The translations under genes were made by a program, and so were the position numbers. Below the pieces are notes generated by a model, which made no database searches, was not told where the DNA came from, and was given only the letters and a program-made list of their open reading frames with translations. 64,000 nucleotides of DNA. It comes from Octopus vulgaris. Lineage: Eukaryota. Within the stretch, counting starts at the first letter, position 1, and each line of letters opens with the position of its first letter. The stretch lies in assembly GCA_951406725.2 (NCBI GenBank), contig OX597824.1, positions 72,354,001-72,418,000 on the forward strand. Reading direction: 5' to 3'. Positions 26,591-40,303 of this stretch are shown in pieces.

Positions 26591-26970
26591 TGGAATTGAT
26601 AAATGGGGAAGATGAATGTGGATGCTGATACTAAATGAGTATATGGGAACATTAGGTTGAGTATATAAAGTACATGCATGTCCCTTACCGTGATGATGTG
26701 AACATAAATATGTATGTAAATATATATATACACACATTAACGCACACATTTGTGTGTCTATAAATATATATGTGTATATAGTTGTATATACACATACATG
26801 CATACACATATATATATATATGGGTACATAAGTATGTATAAACATATGCATATATATTTTTGCATATGTATATATGTATACACACACATTTATATATATG
26901 TATATGCATATATACATGAATATACACTTATGTATGTATATATTCATGTGTGTATATATACTCTGTATGC

Positions 26971-27004
<34 letters not shown>

Positions 27005-27034
27005 GCATGCAAATTTATATATATACACATGGAA

Positions 27035-27069
<35 letters not shown>

Positions 27070-27273
27070 GCATACATGCAAATATATAGGGCAAGTAAGA
27101 AAATCCTGGGTAAATTTCCAATTTACTCCCACCCATACCTAGTATTCAATTGCAATATTGCCATGCAATAGTAAACACTTAGTTAAAAATACATAGGTAC
27201 ACATCCAGTAGTATATTGGGTATTTAATATCCCTTTGATGGTTTCTTAACCTCTATCTCTTACAGACATCTCT

Positions 27274-27315
<42 letters not shown>

Positions 27316-27946
27316 AACATCACCATTGTTTTAGCATCTGCTTTCTCAAGCTTGTATGTGTCAGGTGAAATTTGTTGAGACAAATTTACTATGACTTGGT
27401 GCTCTTCCTTTCACCAACCCTTACCTGTTTTCAAACAATGTAATATGTCCCATGGACATGTTTTCACAGATAATTGGAAACAAATGATGATATTTCTATG
27501 GGTGACACTTACATGCAACTATTGTGTGATATCAAGAGAAGAGCTCACGTACATACATATAAACACATATGATGGGATTCTTTAATTTCGGTTCTCTGTC
27601 CACTCACAATCTTTGCACAGCCTAGAACTCTAGTTCAAGACACGCGTCCAAAGTACCACATGGGGAAATTAAACCAGATACCATATGACTGGAAAGTGAA
27701 ATTCTTAACCATGCAACCTTGTCTGTACCTACACACACACAAATGTATGTGATGATGATTATGTATGTATATTACACACATTTATATGCATAAAAGAGTC
27801 ATCTCCTGTTATTTATACCTTCAAAATCACAAGATGGCCAAGTTGTTTTCCATGAAACTTGATGGATTTCATCCATTTTGTTTGTAGTATATGTGAACTG
27901 CTTTGAGCTGAAAGAAAAATTAACCCTCAATGTGTTTGTGCATGTG

Positions 27947-28000
<54 letters not shown>

Positions 28001-29224
28001 TTTATATCGATATCATCATTGCTGTTAAGTTCACTTTTCTCTGCTTGCATGGGTTGCAAGATTTTCTGTCACTGATCCTCACCTGTTTCCAAGCGAAGTG
28101 ATATTCCCCCGTGATCACACATGTTTCTCTCAGAATATTGGAGATGAATAACACTGCTTGTATGACAGTGACAATCATATACAACTCATACGATTCTGTA
28201 ACAAGAAGACACACACACACACTCTCTCCTCCACCTCTCTCTCTCTCTCACACACATACACACTATGAGTTCTTTCAGTTTCCGTTTGCCAAATCCACTC
28301 TCAAGGCCTTACACACCCTGGGCTAGACACTTGCCCAAGATGCCACCCGGTGGGACTGAACCTGAGACTATGTGCTTACGAAGTAATTTCCTAACCACAC
28401 AGCATGAGTGCATGCATGCAGCTTGTTCCTCTCAGTGTGTAAATGTTGTGACAATTTCCCTTTAGTCGATTTCATAGCTTTTTCTTTTGTTCGAAGCTGT
28501 TATATTATCACTAGTTATTCTTATGGGTTGGCAGAATCGATAGAACGTTGGACAAAATGTATAGGACGTATTTTATATTACGGCCTTTTACGTTTTATGT
28601 TCAAATCCTATTGAAATAAATTTTGCTTCTCATCTTCCAGGGTTCTATAAAATAAAGTATTAAGGAATGAGGTCGCTCTCAAAAATTACCGGCCTTGTGC
28701 CTAAATTAAAAATTGTTATTACGATAGCTAAGAAGGTGGATCGGCAGATATCGTCGAATAGCTAACAAAATACTTTGCTGTTTTTAGCTCTGTCGTTTTT
28801 ATATACATACATACATACACGTTCAGTTCCCACTGTGGCTAACTTTCCATGCTATATTTTCGGAGTCGATAGTACAAACTATCAGTTGATGTAATTGACT
28901 AATCCTTCGCTCCAAATTTCTATCCTTGTTCTTATGTTAGAAATTATTATATTTTACGATCGCAGCTAACGCATTGAACTCCGTTTAACGTCACTACATC
29001 TTATTTACCAACATTCTTGGTTGTACAACTTTTTCAAGTGTTAAGAAATGGTTTAATGTTTTTTTGTTAATCATGATTATGGTTATTTTCATTCTTATGC
29101 AAGCACCAATACCGGTGCTTTTGTATGGTGAAGCGAGAAATGAGATCACATGACGGTCATGCTCCTCACCCCACGACGTATTTAATATAAGTGACTATCA
29201 CTACCTTTGTGCCTGTGCAGTAAG

Positions 29225-29368
29225 TAAGTTTACTTCTCAACCACACAGTTCTGGGTTCAGTCCCACTGCGTGGCACCTTGGGCAAGTGTCTTCTTCTACA
29301 GCCTTGGGCCAACCAAAGCTTTCGGAGTGAATTTTTTTTGTAGACGGAAACTGAAAGAAATCCGTCGC

Positions 29369-29401
<33 letters not shown>

Positions 29402-29595
29402 ACCCCCCCCCCCAACACTGCTTGACAACCGGTGTTGGTGTGTTTACGTCCCCGTAACTTAGCGGTTCGGCAAAAGAGAACGATAGAGTAAGTACCTAAA
29501 ATAAAAACGTTCTGGGGTCGATTCATTCGACTAAAAATTCTTTAAGGTGATGCCCCGGCATAGTCGCAATCTAACAACTGAAAGAAGATAAAAGA
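29225..29595 (+). mobile_element. CORE-type tRNA SINE
   Basis: gggttcagtcccactgcgtggcaccttgggcaagtgtc followed by the family tail. Confidence 0.82.
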
Positions 29596-31230
29596 TAACC
29601 ATTTTTTTAAAGTGGCACAGAACCATACCAGGGATCCCCTTGTGCACACGGTTCCTCGACCATCTGGAAATAGTAGCCTAAATGTAAGACTCCATCCACT
29701 CGCGCTGGTAACTAAAAAAACATACATGGTTACAGCGTATAGAACTGTTTTTGATACATAAGGTTGCTTATTTAGGGCTAAAAAACAATAGTGATCGAAA
29801 ATTTGCTAGGAATTTAATCTTGTAATTGTATCTGGTATTTGTTTAATGCATTCCCCAGTACGGATGTGAACGGAATCTGGATTCGTCATCACTGCGAGCA
29901 TTTAATAGTTTACTCGTACCCGAAATTCCAACATCTCGCCTTGTGTACACACACTGTGGCAAGCATTGTTATGCTTAAGTGATGTGATTTCAAATTGCTG
30001 CGTTTTCATCGCATCGCCACTCTTTATGGATCTGTTGTTTGAGTCGCGCCTCGACTTCAGGCCGACTTCCCTACACACCACCACCATGGGAATTACTCGT
30101 TAAGGGATGACGTAGGGTTACAGAACAGTATTTGTCATCACATTCACCACCATCAGCACTCATACATTCACCACCCTTTCAGTTAGTTGTAAAGTGATTC
30201 CTTTGGTGATTGATTCTAATCAACTCTAGGTGAATCTCAACATGACCACCACATCAACAAAACCAAATCGTAGTAGTAGTTGCACGCTGCTGCTGCAGTA
30301 CTACTACTACTACTACTTATCGTGACAGGTTGTTAATGGGTGGGAGTCGCGGAGGTTTTAATTGTTTATTTTGTAGCCAGGCGTATATTTATTATCACAG
30401 CTATGGTATATGATTGTGTGTGTACATATGCACACACATACACACGCATATACATACCCGTGTGAAAATGCACATCCTTATTGTTGCCGGTACATTTTCT
30501 CAACTTATTCTATTCGCCTGTAATGTCGCAAACGAACAAAAATTACACACGCACACGCTCTATGTTTTTATGTGTTTGAAGGAAGAAAATAGAAGAATCA
30601 TGTAAAGTTATATAAGTGACTCAAGGGTTGAGAGTTGCTTATGTTGCGCTATACACACACACACACACACACACACACATATTGCGCTACACACACCCAC
30701 CAAGCGATCAAACCTTTATTACATGTCTTGTGTAGTAACAGATTGAAAGGGGTGTAGATAGAGATGGATTAGCATAGGGAGTTGGAGTAGCTGAGCCTCG
30801 TTGAGCGGCCGGTCGTCTGGAGGGTTAGTGAGAGGAGAAAAAAATTTAGAAGTAGTAGTTGTAGCGTTGCGGAGAGGGGGGGAGAGTTTGTAAAGAGAGC
30901 GTAATAAGGAGCGCGCATGCAGGCGCACACGGAGAATCGTGTATGTAGGTGTAGGGGGGTGGGTGCGTAAGGGAAAAATGCATTGCTGGTGATCGGGGTA
31001 GGAGTGAGAGGTACAAACAGAGGTGGAAACAAATATAGAGGGAGTGAGGGGGGTCGGAAAACAGTTGTAAGGATAGTCGGTAGAAAGAAGGAGAGGAAAG
31101 AGGGATATAGAGTGGTAATGAGATTTAAGGGAGGAAAATAAGGAACCGCGAGAAGGAGGAAGGGGAGTAGATTTGCTGATTTTCATGTTTGTCTGCTGCT
31201 GGCATTATTTGTCTGCTTTATACATTCCTT

Positions 31231-31278
<48 letters not shown>

Positions 31279-31712
31279 TCACATATTTCAATGAGAATGT
31301 ATGTATATATTGCGTGTGTGCATATGTATATGCGTATGTTTGTTGTATACACAATATGAATAAAAACTTGCATATTTTTTCTGTCCCTGTTTTATTAACA
31401 CGTGTAGAAGTTTTTATTAAATCTATATAAATGTGTATATGTAGCGTGTGTACGTATGTGTGTATATGTGTAGATGTACGTATATGATTTATCATCTTTA
31501 TGTGTCTTTCTCCCATCTCTCTATAATCAGCACTGTTTCTTTTCCTAATTTTGCTGCGATTTTCTTGATTTTAAACTTATTCCCTAGTTTATTGTAAACG
31601 CGTGTGTGTTATATACATACGTTGTTTTATGTCGAATGAATGTGAAAGAAGTGTTCAATACATGGTGTAGAGGAAATATTTTTTTAAAAGATTCAATCTG
31701 AAACTGAATTTG

Positions 31713-31756
31713 TTTTCCGACTTGAGTTTCACGCCATTGCGATCTTCAGGCGAAGG
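31713..31756 (-). ncRNA. Candidate minimal hammerhead ribozyme in a Penelope-like relic
   Basis: Minus strand reads CUGAAGA-ucgc aaug gcgu-GAAAC ucaa GUC-ggaa. The core is present but stem I is weak. Confidence 0.4.
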
Positions 31757-31882
31757 TATATATACTTGTATACGCGTAAAATAATGCTGTTTTTTCCCTT
31801 CTTTTCCTTCTAAGCAGTGGTGGTTGTGAAAGTCCAGGATGTAGTATAAGTATTGGGAGTGATCGCGGGAATTATTTCCCAT

Positions 31883-31918
<36 letters not shown>

Positions 31919-32608
31919 TGAGAGAGAGAGAGAGGAGAAAAGGAAGGGAGTTCATCTTTTAAACTATATCAGTATTTGTTTCTAATGCAAATGTTGTATT
32001 TAAAACCCCCACTTAAATGAATACTGCTCTCACCCCCACCTCCTTAAATGCTGCACTCACTCTTCTTCAATACTGCACTCAAGAAGTCCCTTTTGTAACT
32101 CCCGGCGAACGATTTTTCTATCTTCCTACCTTCCCTATACACGCAATAAAAGCTGGAGTGCTTGTTACAAGAACATCCACTTTACGTTATCTTTCTTAAC
32201 AATGCAGTGTCACACACACACGGATACATACCATGCATGTATACGCATTCACATGCGCATGAGTCTCATGGAATCGAACATCAATCCTGGTGATCTTGCA
32301 GTATCTGTACGATAATCATGCAAAGATTTTCCCCACTGGATTCTCTCATGAATCTAACAATGTTTTTCCTACTTGATAAACGAACAAATGTAGAACTATT
32401 TGTTAATATCTGCAGGACTATTTGTAAATATCTCAGGACACATGGGTCCTCTCTAGTCAAAGGTCTTTTCGAGCATTTTAGGCCTTTCTTTCTCCCTATT
32501 ATTAAAATGATTTGTGTGTGTGTATGTGTTATATGTACGTAAACACACACACACAGAGGAAGATAAAACCCAAAACATGAGTATACATATGTTTTCTTTT
32601 ATTGTCAA

Positions 32609-32899
32609 CTAGCAGTATCGCCCGGCGTTGCTCGGGTTTGTAAGGGAAATAACTATATAAGCATTTTTAGAGAGTTACTTCCCGAGCGAAAAATGGATTA
32701 AAAATGCGGAAAAACGATGGTAATTTTTTTTTTAAATCGTAGACTCATCGTAGACGCGCGCTAATACCCAGAAGGGCTCGATATGAATCACGACTATAAG
32801 ATACCCGCTTTTGGTTAAACTGCACCGCAAAATGTGGGAGTAAGGAATTTAAATCGAATGGGACAGACACTCACACAACTAAAGTTTTATATATAAAGA
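32609..32899 (-). mobile_element. Complete non-autonomous Helitron
   Basis: Reverse-complement copy of the 9886-10281 family with TC start, hairpin and CTAG end, in an A|T site. Confidence 0.88.
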
Positions 32900-34324
32900 T
32901 AATCGGTAGAAGTTATGGAGTGACTCAAGGGCCTAGAATTTTATCAAAAGTGCCAGCGCAGGGAACACGGCCCTTGACTCACTGTTATTTCTGCCGATTG
33001 CTAAAAAAGAAAAACGTGTTCATATGTGCTTACACGTGTATATTAGTCAAACTGGGCGAACGGAAACTATATGGAAGCCTTTCGGATGAATTGTATCTTT
33101 AAGTCAAAGATTCAGCTTGTCACATTGTGTTACGCTGATTCATTTGAGAATTGTATCAGTGATACACGTGCCTGTGGAATGTTCTCCTACAGACACGCTA
33201 CATAATCATATGCCAGTCTTGTGTATCACATGTGATACACAGGACAGGTTTGCCAGGCTTTGCATCATATACGATATATACATTCCCAATTTTTGTCAAC
33301 CACCAGAGTAACTTGGGATTTAGGAAAGTAACGTTTTAATATTATTCAGAACGCATGGAGCAAGGGCTAACTGAAAGTCTGAAAACAAGCATGGACGTTT
33401 ATAGCAAACTTATGAAAATGCTTTGGACAGGCACAGGGCTCAATTAACATGTAATTCATTTGATTGATCAATGGAATATTCATCGTCGAAGCCGATGGAG
33501 ATCCTTGTGTGTGTGTGTGTGTGTGTAATCATGGATGCCCGCTCGATTTCTAGCGTAACTACACTTTGATCTATGTTGCTGATTTTTATGGCTCATAAAT
33601 CCCATAGTAGCCACCCTCTCAAATCCGCCAGTGAGTCACACTGTATAATTTAAAGCCGTGTTTTGATTGTATACATGCAGTCTTTTCAATTTGTACGCCT
33701 AACCAAAAATCACATTGTAGGTGAAAATCGCGGGTGGAAATCGCAGATAGGGTGACGCATTACCAAAAGGTATATGTGCGTGTGATTGTTTAGAATGAAC
33801 TGAGCAAGGCATTAAACTGCATCCGATGGTGAAATTCCAGCTCGGGAGTTTAAGACATTGGAGAATATATGAAGCTTGTCACCACTACTCTCAAATCTGT
33901 TCTGGCCCTGATTTGGTTAGTACCTGTCAAGAGCTCCGCTTATGAGTCAATAAAAAGATACTCTTGTGGCGGACTCTGAAGTGGGCTGGTCTCTAGATGA
34001 ACGCGCCCTACTGTCACGTAAACCAGTCCTCTTATTTGAGAGTTAAATAGGCCTCGTACCTCAAGGACATTGTCAGGAGAGCAGGAGACTAGCGGAGTAA
34101 ACTGTAAATAAACCAGCAGAAGGCAGCAGGAAGTCACTGCTGTATGTTTCCCAAGAAAAATCCTGAATCTGACTTTGACATGGAGATCCTTAATCGCCAA
34201 CGTTTGTAGACTTGGCACACAAAGAGAAAGGATTGAACTTGCCAGTAAGAAATACTGGATTTTTTAATGAAGCAGAGAGTTACCAATGGTAGAGAAATGC
34301 TTTATACCAGCGGTATTCCATCGC

Positions 34325-34531
34325 GGCGAGCTGGCAGAAACGTTAGCCGTATTTCGTCTGTCGTTACGTTGTGAGTTCAAATTCCGCCGAGGTCAACTTT
34401 GCCTTTCATCCTTTCGGGATCGATAAATTAAGTACCAGTTACGTACTGGGGTCGATGTAATCGACTTAATACCTATGTCTGTCCTTGTTTGTCCCCTCTG
34501 TGTTTAGCCCCTTGTGGGTAATAAAGAAATA
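34325..34531 (+). mobile_element. Meta-like tRNA SINE with Tx1-like tail and 13-bp TSD
   Basis: Head ggcgagctggcaga, B box gagttcaaattcc, domain gcctttcatcctttcgggatcgataaattaagtaccag. TSD ggtattccatcgc at 34312-34324 and 34532-34544. Confidence 0.88.
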
Positions 34532-34644
34532 GGTATTCCATCGCCTAGTCTTTCACAACCAAAGGTATCCGCAGGACAGTAAAGGTTTGGATTCATAGTA
34601 GTTTCCCATCACTTCCCAAGTGGTTTTACAGTGCACACATTTAC

Positions 34645-34805
34645 CATCGATGTGTTCGTGCATCATTGCTACGTTGGTCGTTCACTCTTTGCTCGATTTT
34701 ATCTGTCCTTTGGCCAAGTCTCGATTTTTGTCCTGCTGGGTTTCTAGCAATTTCCTCAAACGGTCGACCTGCTGCAGGTGCTGTTTTAGTCGCCGACTAA
34801 ACTGA
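34645..34805 (-). CDS. Candidate antisense exon encoding a coiled-coil-like peptide QFSRRLKQHLQQVDRLRKLLETQQDKNRDLAKGQIKSSKE*
   Basis: Acceptor tcttgttccag, helical Leu/Gln/Arg-rich composition, TGA at 34684-34682, donor-like g|gtaaat after 34645. Confidence 0.4.
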
Positions 34806-34835
34806 CTGGAACAAGATATACTTGATTGTATATTA

Positions 34836-34881
<46 letters not shown>

Positions 34882-35082
34882 TGTGTGAGTGTACTACTTA
34901 AAGTATACGTGTATGTGTGTATATATCTATGTATATATGTATACGAGCAAAATATATGTATACGTCCAATGGACGGTGCTGAGTTGTCAAACATTTAAAC
35001 CAAATTTTCTCAAAACAACTTGTCCAACCGTCCCATAGGCCTCCCCATTTGAGAAACGCTGATTTAACCTAAATTTGAGACA

Positions 35083-35309
35083 CTAGCAAAAGACGGATTT
35101 CGACTGATGTACTTGCGCGTCAAATACACGTTCCCACGGCTTTATCGATCGCATTCTCACCTGGAATCGATTTTTGTAATTTTTTCAAGATTTATACACG
35201 CCCTGATACCGTCGGTATCTACATATCAAATTTGAGCGCAATCGGATGGAGGATGCCCGAGATCCTAGAAGACACATACACACAGACAGAACGGATTTTA
35301 TATAATAGA
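35083..35309 (-). mobile_element. Short non-autonomous Helitron, second family
   Basis: Minus strand starts A|TCTATTATATAAAA and ends CTAG|T. Confidence 0.6.
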
Positions 35310-35606
35310 TTACTTCAATGTTTGTTCACAGTTCGTATCATACTATAGTTAAACTTGCCATCCAAACTCGATCACTTCAGTACCAATTACTGATTTGGCT
35401 TTGTACTTTCTCACTAAAAAAATCTATGTTCTTTTAGGAATCAGGGTTGGCAGAATACGTTGATCGTTCCATTAACTGGCTTGCTGTTTTTGTACTGACT
35501 CTTAACTTTTTCAGTGCAATTCCTCTTCTCCAAAATTACTAGCCTTTTTGCCTAAATTAGAAACAGTTACGAAAGGCGATAGGTTGGTAGAAATTAGAGT
35601 ATTGGA

Positions 35607-36127
35607 AATTAGAAGGCGGCAAGCTGGTAGAAACGTTAGCACGCCGGGCACGTCTGCCGCTACGTTCTGAGTTCAAATTCCGCCGAAGTCGACTTTGCCT
35701 TTCTTCATTTCGGGGTCTCAAACAGATTGTCTCTCCTTGTTTGTCCTCTCTGTATTTAGCCCCTTGTGGGTAGTAAAGAAATAAGTATTTCGTCTGCCGC
35801 TACGTTCTGAGTTCAAATTCCGCCGAGGTCGACTTTGCCTTTCTTCATTTCGGGGTTGATAAATTAAGAACCAGTTACGCATTGGGGTCGATGTAATCAA
35901 CTTAATCCGTTTGTCTGTCCTTGTTTGTCTTCTCTGTATTTAGCCCCTTGTGGGTAGTAAAGAAATAAGTATTTCGTCTGCCGCTACGTTCTGAGTTCAA
36001 ATTCCGCCGAGGTCGACTTTGCCTTTCTTCATTTCGGGGTCGATAAATTAAGAACCAGTTACGCATTGGGGTCGATGTAATCGACTTAATCCGTTTGTCT
36101 GTCCTTGTTTGTCCCCTCTATGAAATA
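35607..36127 (+). mobile_element. Tandem trimer of Meta-like SINE units (184-bp period)
   Basis: Tail-to-internal junctions gaaataa|gtatttcg at 35784/5 and 35968/9. Flanking direct repeat agaaattagagtattgga at 35589-35606 and 36128-36145. Confidence 0.88.
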
Positions 36128-36174
36128 AGAAATTAGAGTATTGGATTTAATACCATGCGACATTTCCTCTGGAT

Positions 36175-36371
36175 TACTCTTTTACTTGTTTCAGTCATTT
36201 GACTGTGGCCATGCTGGAGCACCGCCTTTAGTCGAGCAAATCGACCCCAGGACTTATTCTTTGTAAACCTAATACTTATTCTCTCGGTCTCTTTTGCCGA
36301 ACCGATAAGTTACGGGAACGTAAACACACCATCATCGGTTGTCAAGCGATGTTGGGAGGACAGACACAGAA

Positions 36372-36410
<39 letters not shown>

Positions 36411-36570
36411 TACGACGGGCTTCTTTCAGTTTCCGTCTATCAAATCCACTCACAAGGCTTTGGTCGGCCCGAGGCTATAGTAGAAAACACATGCCCAAGG
36501 TGCCACGCAGTGGGACTGAACCCGGAACCATGTGGTTGGTAAGCAAGCTACTTACCACACAGCCACTCCT
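36175..36570 (-). mobile_element. Full-length CORE-type tRNA SINE
   Basis: Minus-strand head ggagtggctgtgtggtaagtagc...gggttcagtccc, CORE-like domain, (TA)n and family tail. Confidence 0.85.
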
Positions 36571-37055
36571 CTCGATATTTTGATTTCAAGTCTCGCCGAT
36601 GTCAAATTTACCTTTCATCTTTTCGGGAGTTTGTAATATATAGTAGCGGCAGGCACAACACAAACTTTCTGGATATTGGGAGCAGAAACTTCAAATTCCC
36701 GCGGTCACCAGATTAGTTTAATAGTACCTTGCATACAACAGTAGTAATAAACGTGTATAATTTATACTAATGTAGAAGTATCTGTATTTCATTTAATTAT
36801 TTAAATAAAATTAATATCTATTTAATTTAGAGCGTATTGACCGATGTGACCACTCCAAGTTCGGAAAATTCCGGTAATCCGGAACGACTTTGGAACTAAA
36901 GGTTCCGGAAAAATCGATAAATCAACCCCTGTATTAGGGTCGATTTGATCAGCTAAACCTATTTTCGTCCCCCAGCCTTATGGTTTTTTTAATTTTTTTT
37001 TTTTTTTGCCCGAGACGATCGCCGTATAAACACCCGGTGTACAATGTCTGCGAAC

Positions 37056-37087
37056 CTGTTTATTGATTGCTGACTGGAGTCACTCAT
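37056..37087 (-). CDS. Candidate start exon (MSDSSQQSIN) of the nested antisense gene
   Basis: ataATG at 37087 downstream of a CpG-rich leader. Donor aacag|gttcgc is phase 2, compatible with the exon at 34805. Confidence 0.28.
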
Positions 37088-38097
37088 TATCACTTCACTG
37101 AAATCGCCTTGTATTATACTTAGAAAAAGGCATGAACGTCACCGTGTTTCTTGTTCCATCGCAGTCAATCACCCCCGCCGCCGCCCCTCCTCCTCCCCCC
37201 TTCCTATAAATATGCGTTCCTCGTGCTTCTTCAAAAGAAATCGGTTTTTGTAATTCTCGTGATTCGTGCGCAATTATGAAATTGTCGCCGTCGCCAACAT
37301 CACCCGCTGTAGTCATTACCACCATCACCATCATCATCATCATCTTCGTAGTTATCACGATCCTCTCACCCCCTCATCGATCTAACATCGAATCAGCAAA
37401 CATAAACACAGAAAATGAAAGCACGTGATGTAAACGAACCAACGATGATGATGATGATGATAATGATGTAGAGGTGTAGGAGGAGGAGGAGGATAAAGAT
37501 TTATTTAGTTTTTTTTTTTTGTTTCTGTCACAAGGGCAATGAATGAAGTTAATGTTACGAAAATACAAACAAAAAAACACCAGAAAGATGAATGAATATA
37601 TATATATAAATACATATATATATATATATAATATCGATATTTGTAAAGTGTGATAAAAAAAAGCGTCTTTTACAACCAAAATAAAGAGTAAATATAAAGG
37701 AAATAGGGAAGATAGCCACACAGGAAAGAAAAAAAGATCACGGTGATTGTGAAATCCTGCCTCGATCACTCTCACTTCAGTTAATAAATAATAAAAAGTA
37801 TTTATAATAAATTCTTGATGGTTTTCTTTCTGGCCAGGCACGAGACCAATTTTTGTTAACTGTGTATGTATGTGTGTGTGTGTGTGTGTGTGTTCATGGA
37901 GATGGATAGGAGAGTATATAGTCAAGTGATTCGGCTTCGGTGTATTAGTACATGATGATGATAATGATGCTGATGAATGGCGATGATAGTGATGCGTGTG
38001 TTCGTGGTAGTGGTTGCTTATAAAGGCACACGGCTTCCATCACACTTTCCGATAGACGAACGAGATTGTGTAGAGTTCATTGGCTTTCTCTAAGACC

Positions 38098-38131
<34 letters not shown>

Positions 38132-40052
38132 TTCTTTTATTTGCCACCGGGGCGACGGGTGTGGGAGACAATACAAAGACGGGCATAAAGATTGGGATTT
38201 ACATATAAAGTAGAACGATAAAAAAAAATGTATGTATGGTAAGAAATATCAACAAAAGAGTGATGATGATGATGGTGATAATAATGGTTTCAAATTTTGG
38301 CACAAGGCTAGTCATTTCAGGGAAGAAGGCTAAATAATAATAATAATAATCCTTAATGATACATTCTTTTATTGTATCTGATGAAGATCATTTCGTCTTT
38401 TATTCTATTATGTATATTAATAATGATTTCTAGCGTTAGCACAAGGCCGTAAATCTGGGGGGACGTATTTATAATTCATTATTTCACCTTCAGTACTTGG
38501 CTGGCACTTTATTTTATCGGCCTCTGTAAGGTAAAGTTGAACATCGGCTTAATTTGAACTCGGAATGCTTCTCTACCGATTGTGTCATTTTTTACTTATT
38601 TAGTCGATTAAAGTATTTTTATTTTCGGTTTAGAACTACAAAGCGAAAGTGAAAGTAATCGTTAGCACTGAAATTTTGAAAGGAAAAAGGAGAAAAAAAT
38701 TGAATTACATTTAAAAAAAAAAATATTGTAATCTACGAATTTTTAAACGTAGAACTCCTTTCTCCGCCAAAGTGAAAATCGGAAAAAGTTTTAAAAAACA
38801 ATGAGGGTGGTATGAAAATATGGTTTTGTTGTTATTTTATGGGTGGTGGTGGCGGTGGTAAAATCGTGATCTCCATTGTTGGAAGCAAGAATCCAAAGAA
38901 TTTCAAGATCACAAAAAACTAACAAACACAAAAAATTTGGTGGATGTGTGCCTATTCGACACGCCCGCGTGGACACAGACAACTGTCAATAATAATTCCT
39001 ACTTTCAGTTTACGATCACAAGCCGAAAGAATGCCATCGGTTAACGTGTACTGTACTGTATCGTATTGACCCCGGGAAGAAGAGAAAAGAGAAAGCGGTT
39101 TTCTTTATTTAGTAAAGGGCAAATTTTAAAACAAAAACCCCAAAACATTTAACTACTTAGGAAAGTGATTTTTAAACAAGGTCGCACTTTTTTAAGGGGA
39201 AAATATAGTCGGTTATATCAACCCAGTGTCTGGCTAGTTAGTACTCGTTTTATCGACCCCGGCAGTGTACAACGTAAATGGGACGTGACTAATACCGCAA
39301 GGTGGTCTTTGTCTGGCGCTCTACCGCTTCTGCTATCGCCTTGATAATAATATAAGATGAAGATAATGATTTCCTCCTCCCCACACCTCACTAATATTTA
39401 ATAATAAACATTAAATTATCTGAGTATAGCGTGATACTCAAATTGGTGGCACCTGGTGACACCGTTATTATATGAAGTGGTGAAATACAGTTTAAAAAAA
39501 AAAAATTTATTGTTGACACGACTGATCGAAGAGGAAGGAAAGCGAGGGAGATGGAGGCTGTGTATTGATTGATAGAGGGATTGAGGGATGTATAAACACA
39601 CCGAAAGCTAGATGGTTTGTATGTATGGCTTTGCTGTGGTATATTAAACGAAGAGGAGATTGTGACTAGAACAAAAAAAGTAAAGCAAACTGGGTTTTGG
39701 ACACAGGTTTCTGTGTTTTTGTGTATCGAGATGTGCTTTAGCAGCTATAACGGTGATAGGTAACTTCTTGCCCTGTAACCGTCTCCGAATCAGGTTGTGT
39801 GTATGTGTGTGTGTGTGTGTGTGTGATTTCCCGTTCTTTCTGTTCCTCTCCTACATATTTTCCTTTCTTCCCATTCTCTTAACTTGTTCTTATTGTCCCT
39901 TTTCTTTCTTACTCTACATCTTTGTTCATTCTCTCTCTCTCTCTCTCACCATTACACTCGCCCCTCCCACCTTTCTTTCTCTGCCAACATATCCCCGTGA
40001 CATGACGGTTATCCAAAAATCTTCCTTATCTATCTATCTAGTTTATATATCT

Positions 40053-40140
<88 letters not shown>

Positions 40141-40303
40141 TATATATATATTTGTCTCGTCTGGTCTTTCTGTCTTGTCTAATAATATATCCGTCTATTT
40201 CCTCTGTATGCCACATATGTAGCTTTACAGCTCATAAATAAATATTTGTTCTACTTTGCGTATTGAGTTCTATTTCTCATGTATGTATGTATGTATGTGT
40301 ATA

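Noticed and set aside
32281-32550. Protein-looking ORFs on both strands
   Set aside because: No convincing splice-site pair or recognisable motif, and the strand cannot be determined.
33780-34260. Complex GC-richer sequence with ORF 33940-34218
   Set aside because: No identifiable motif or splice structure. It may be an old repeat.
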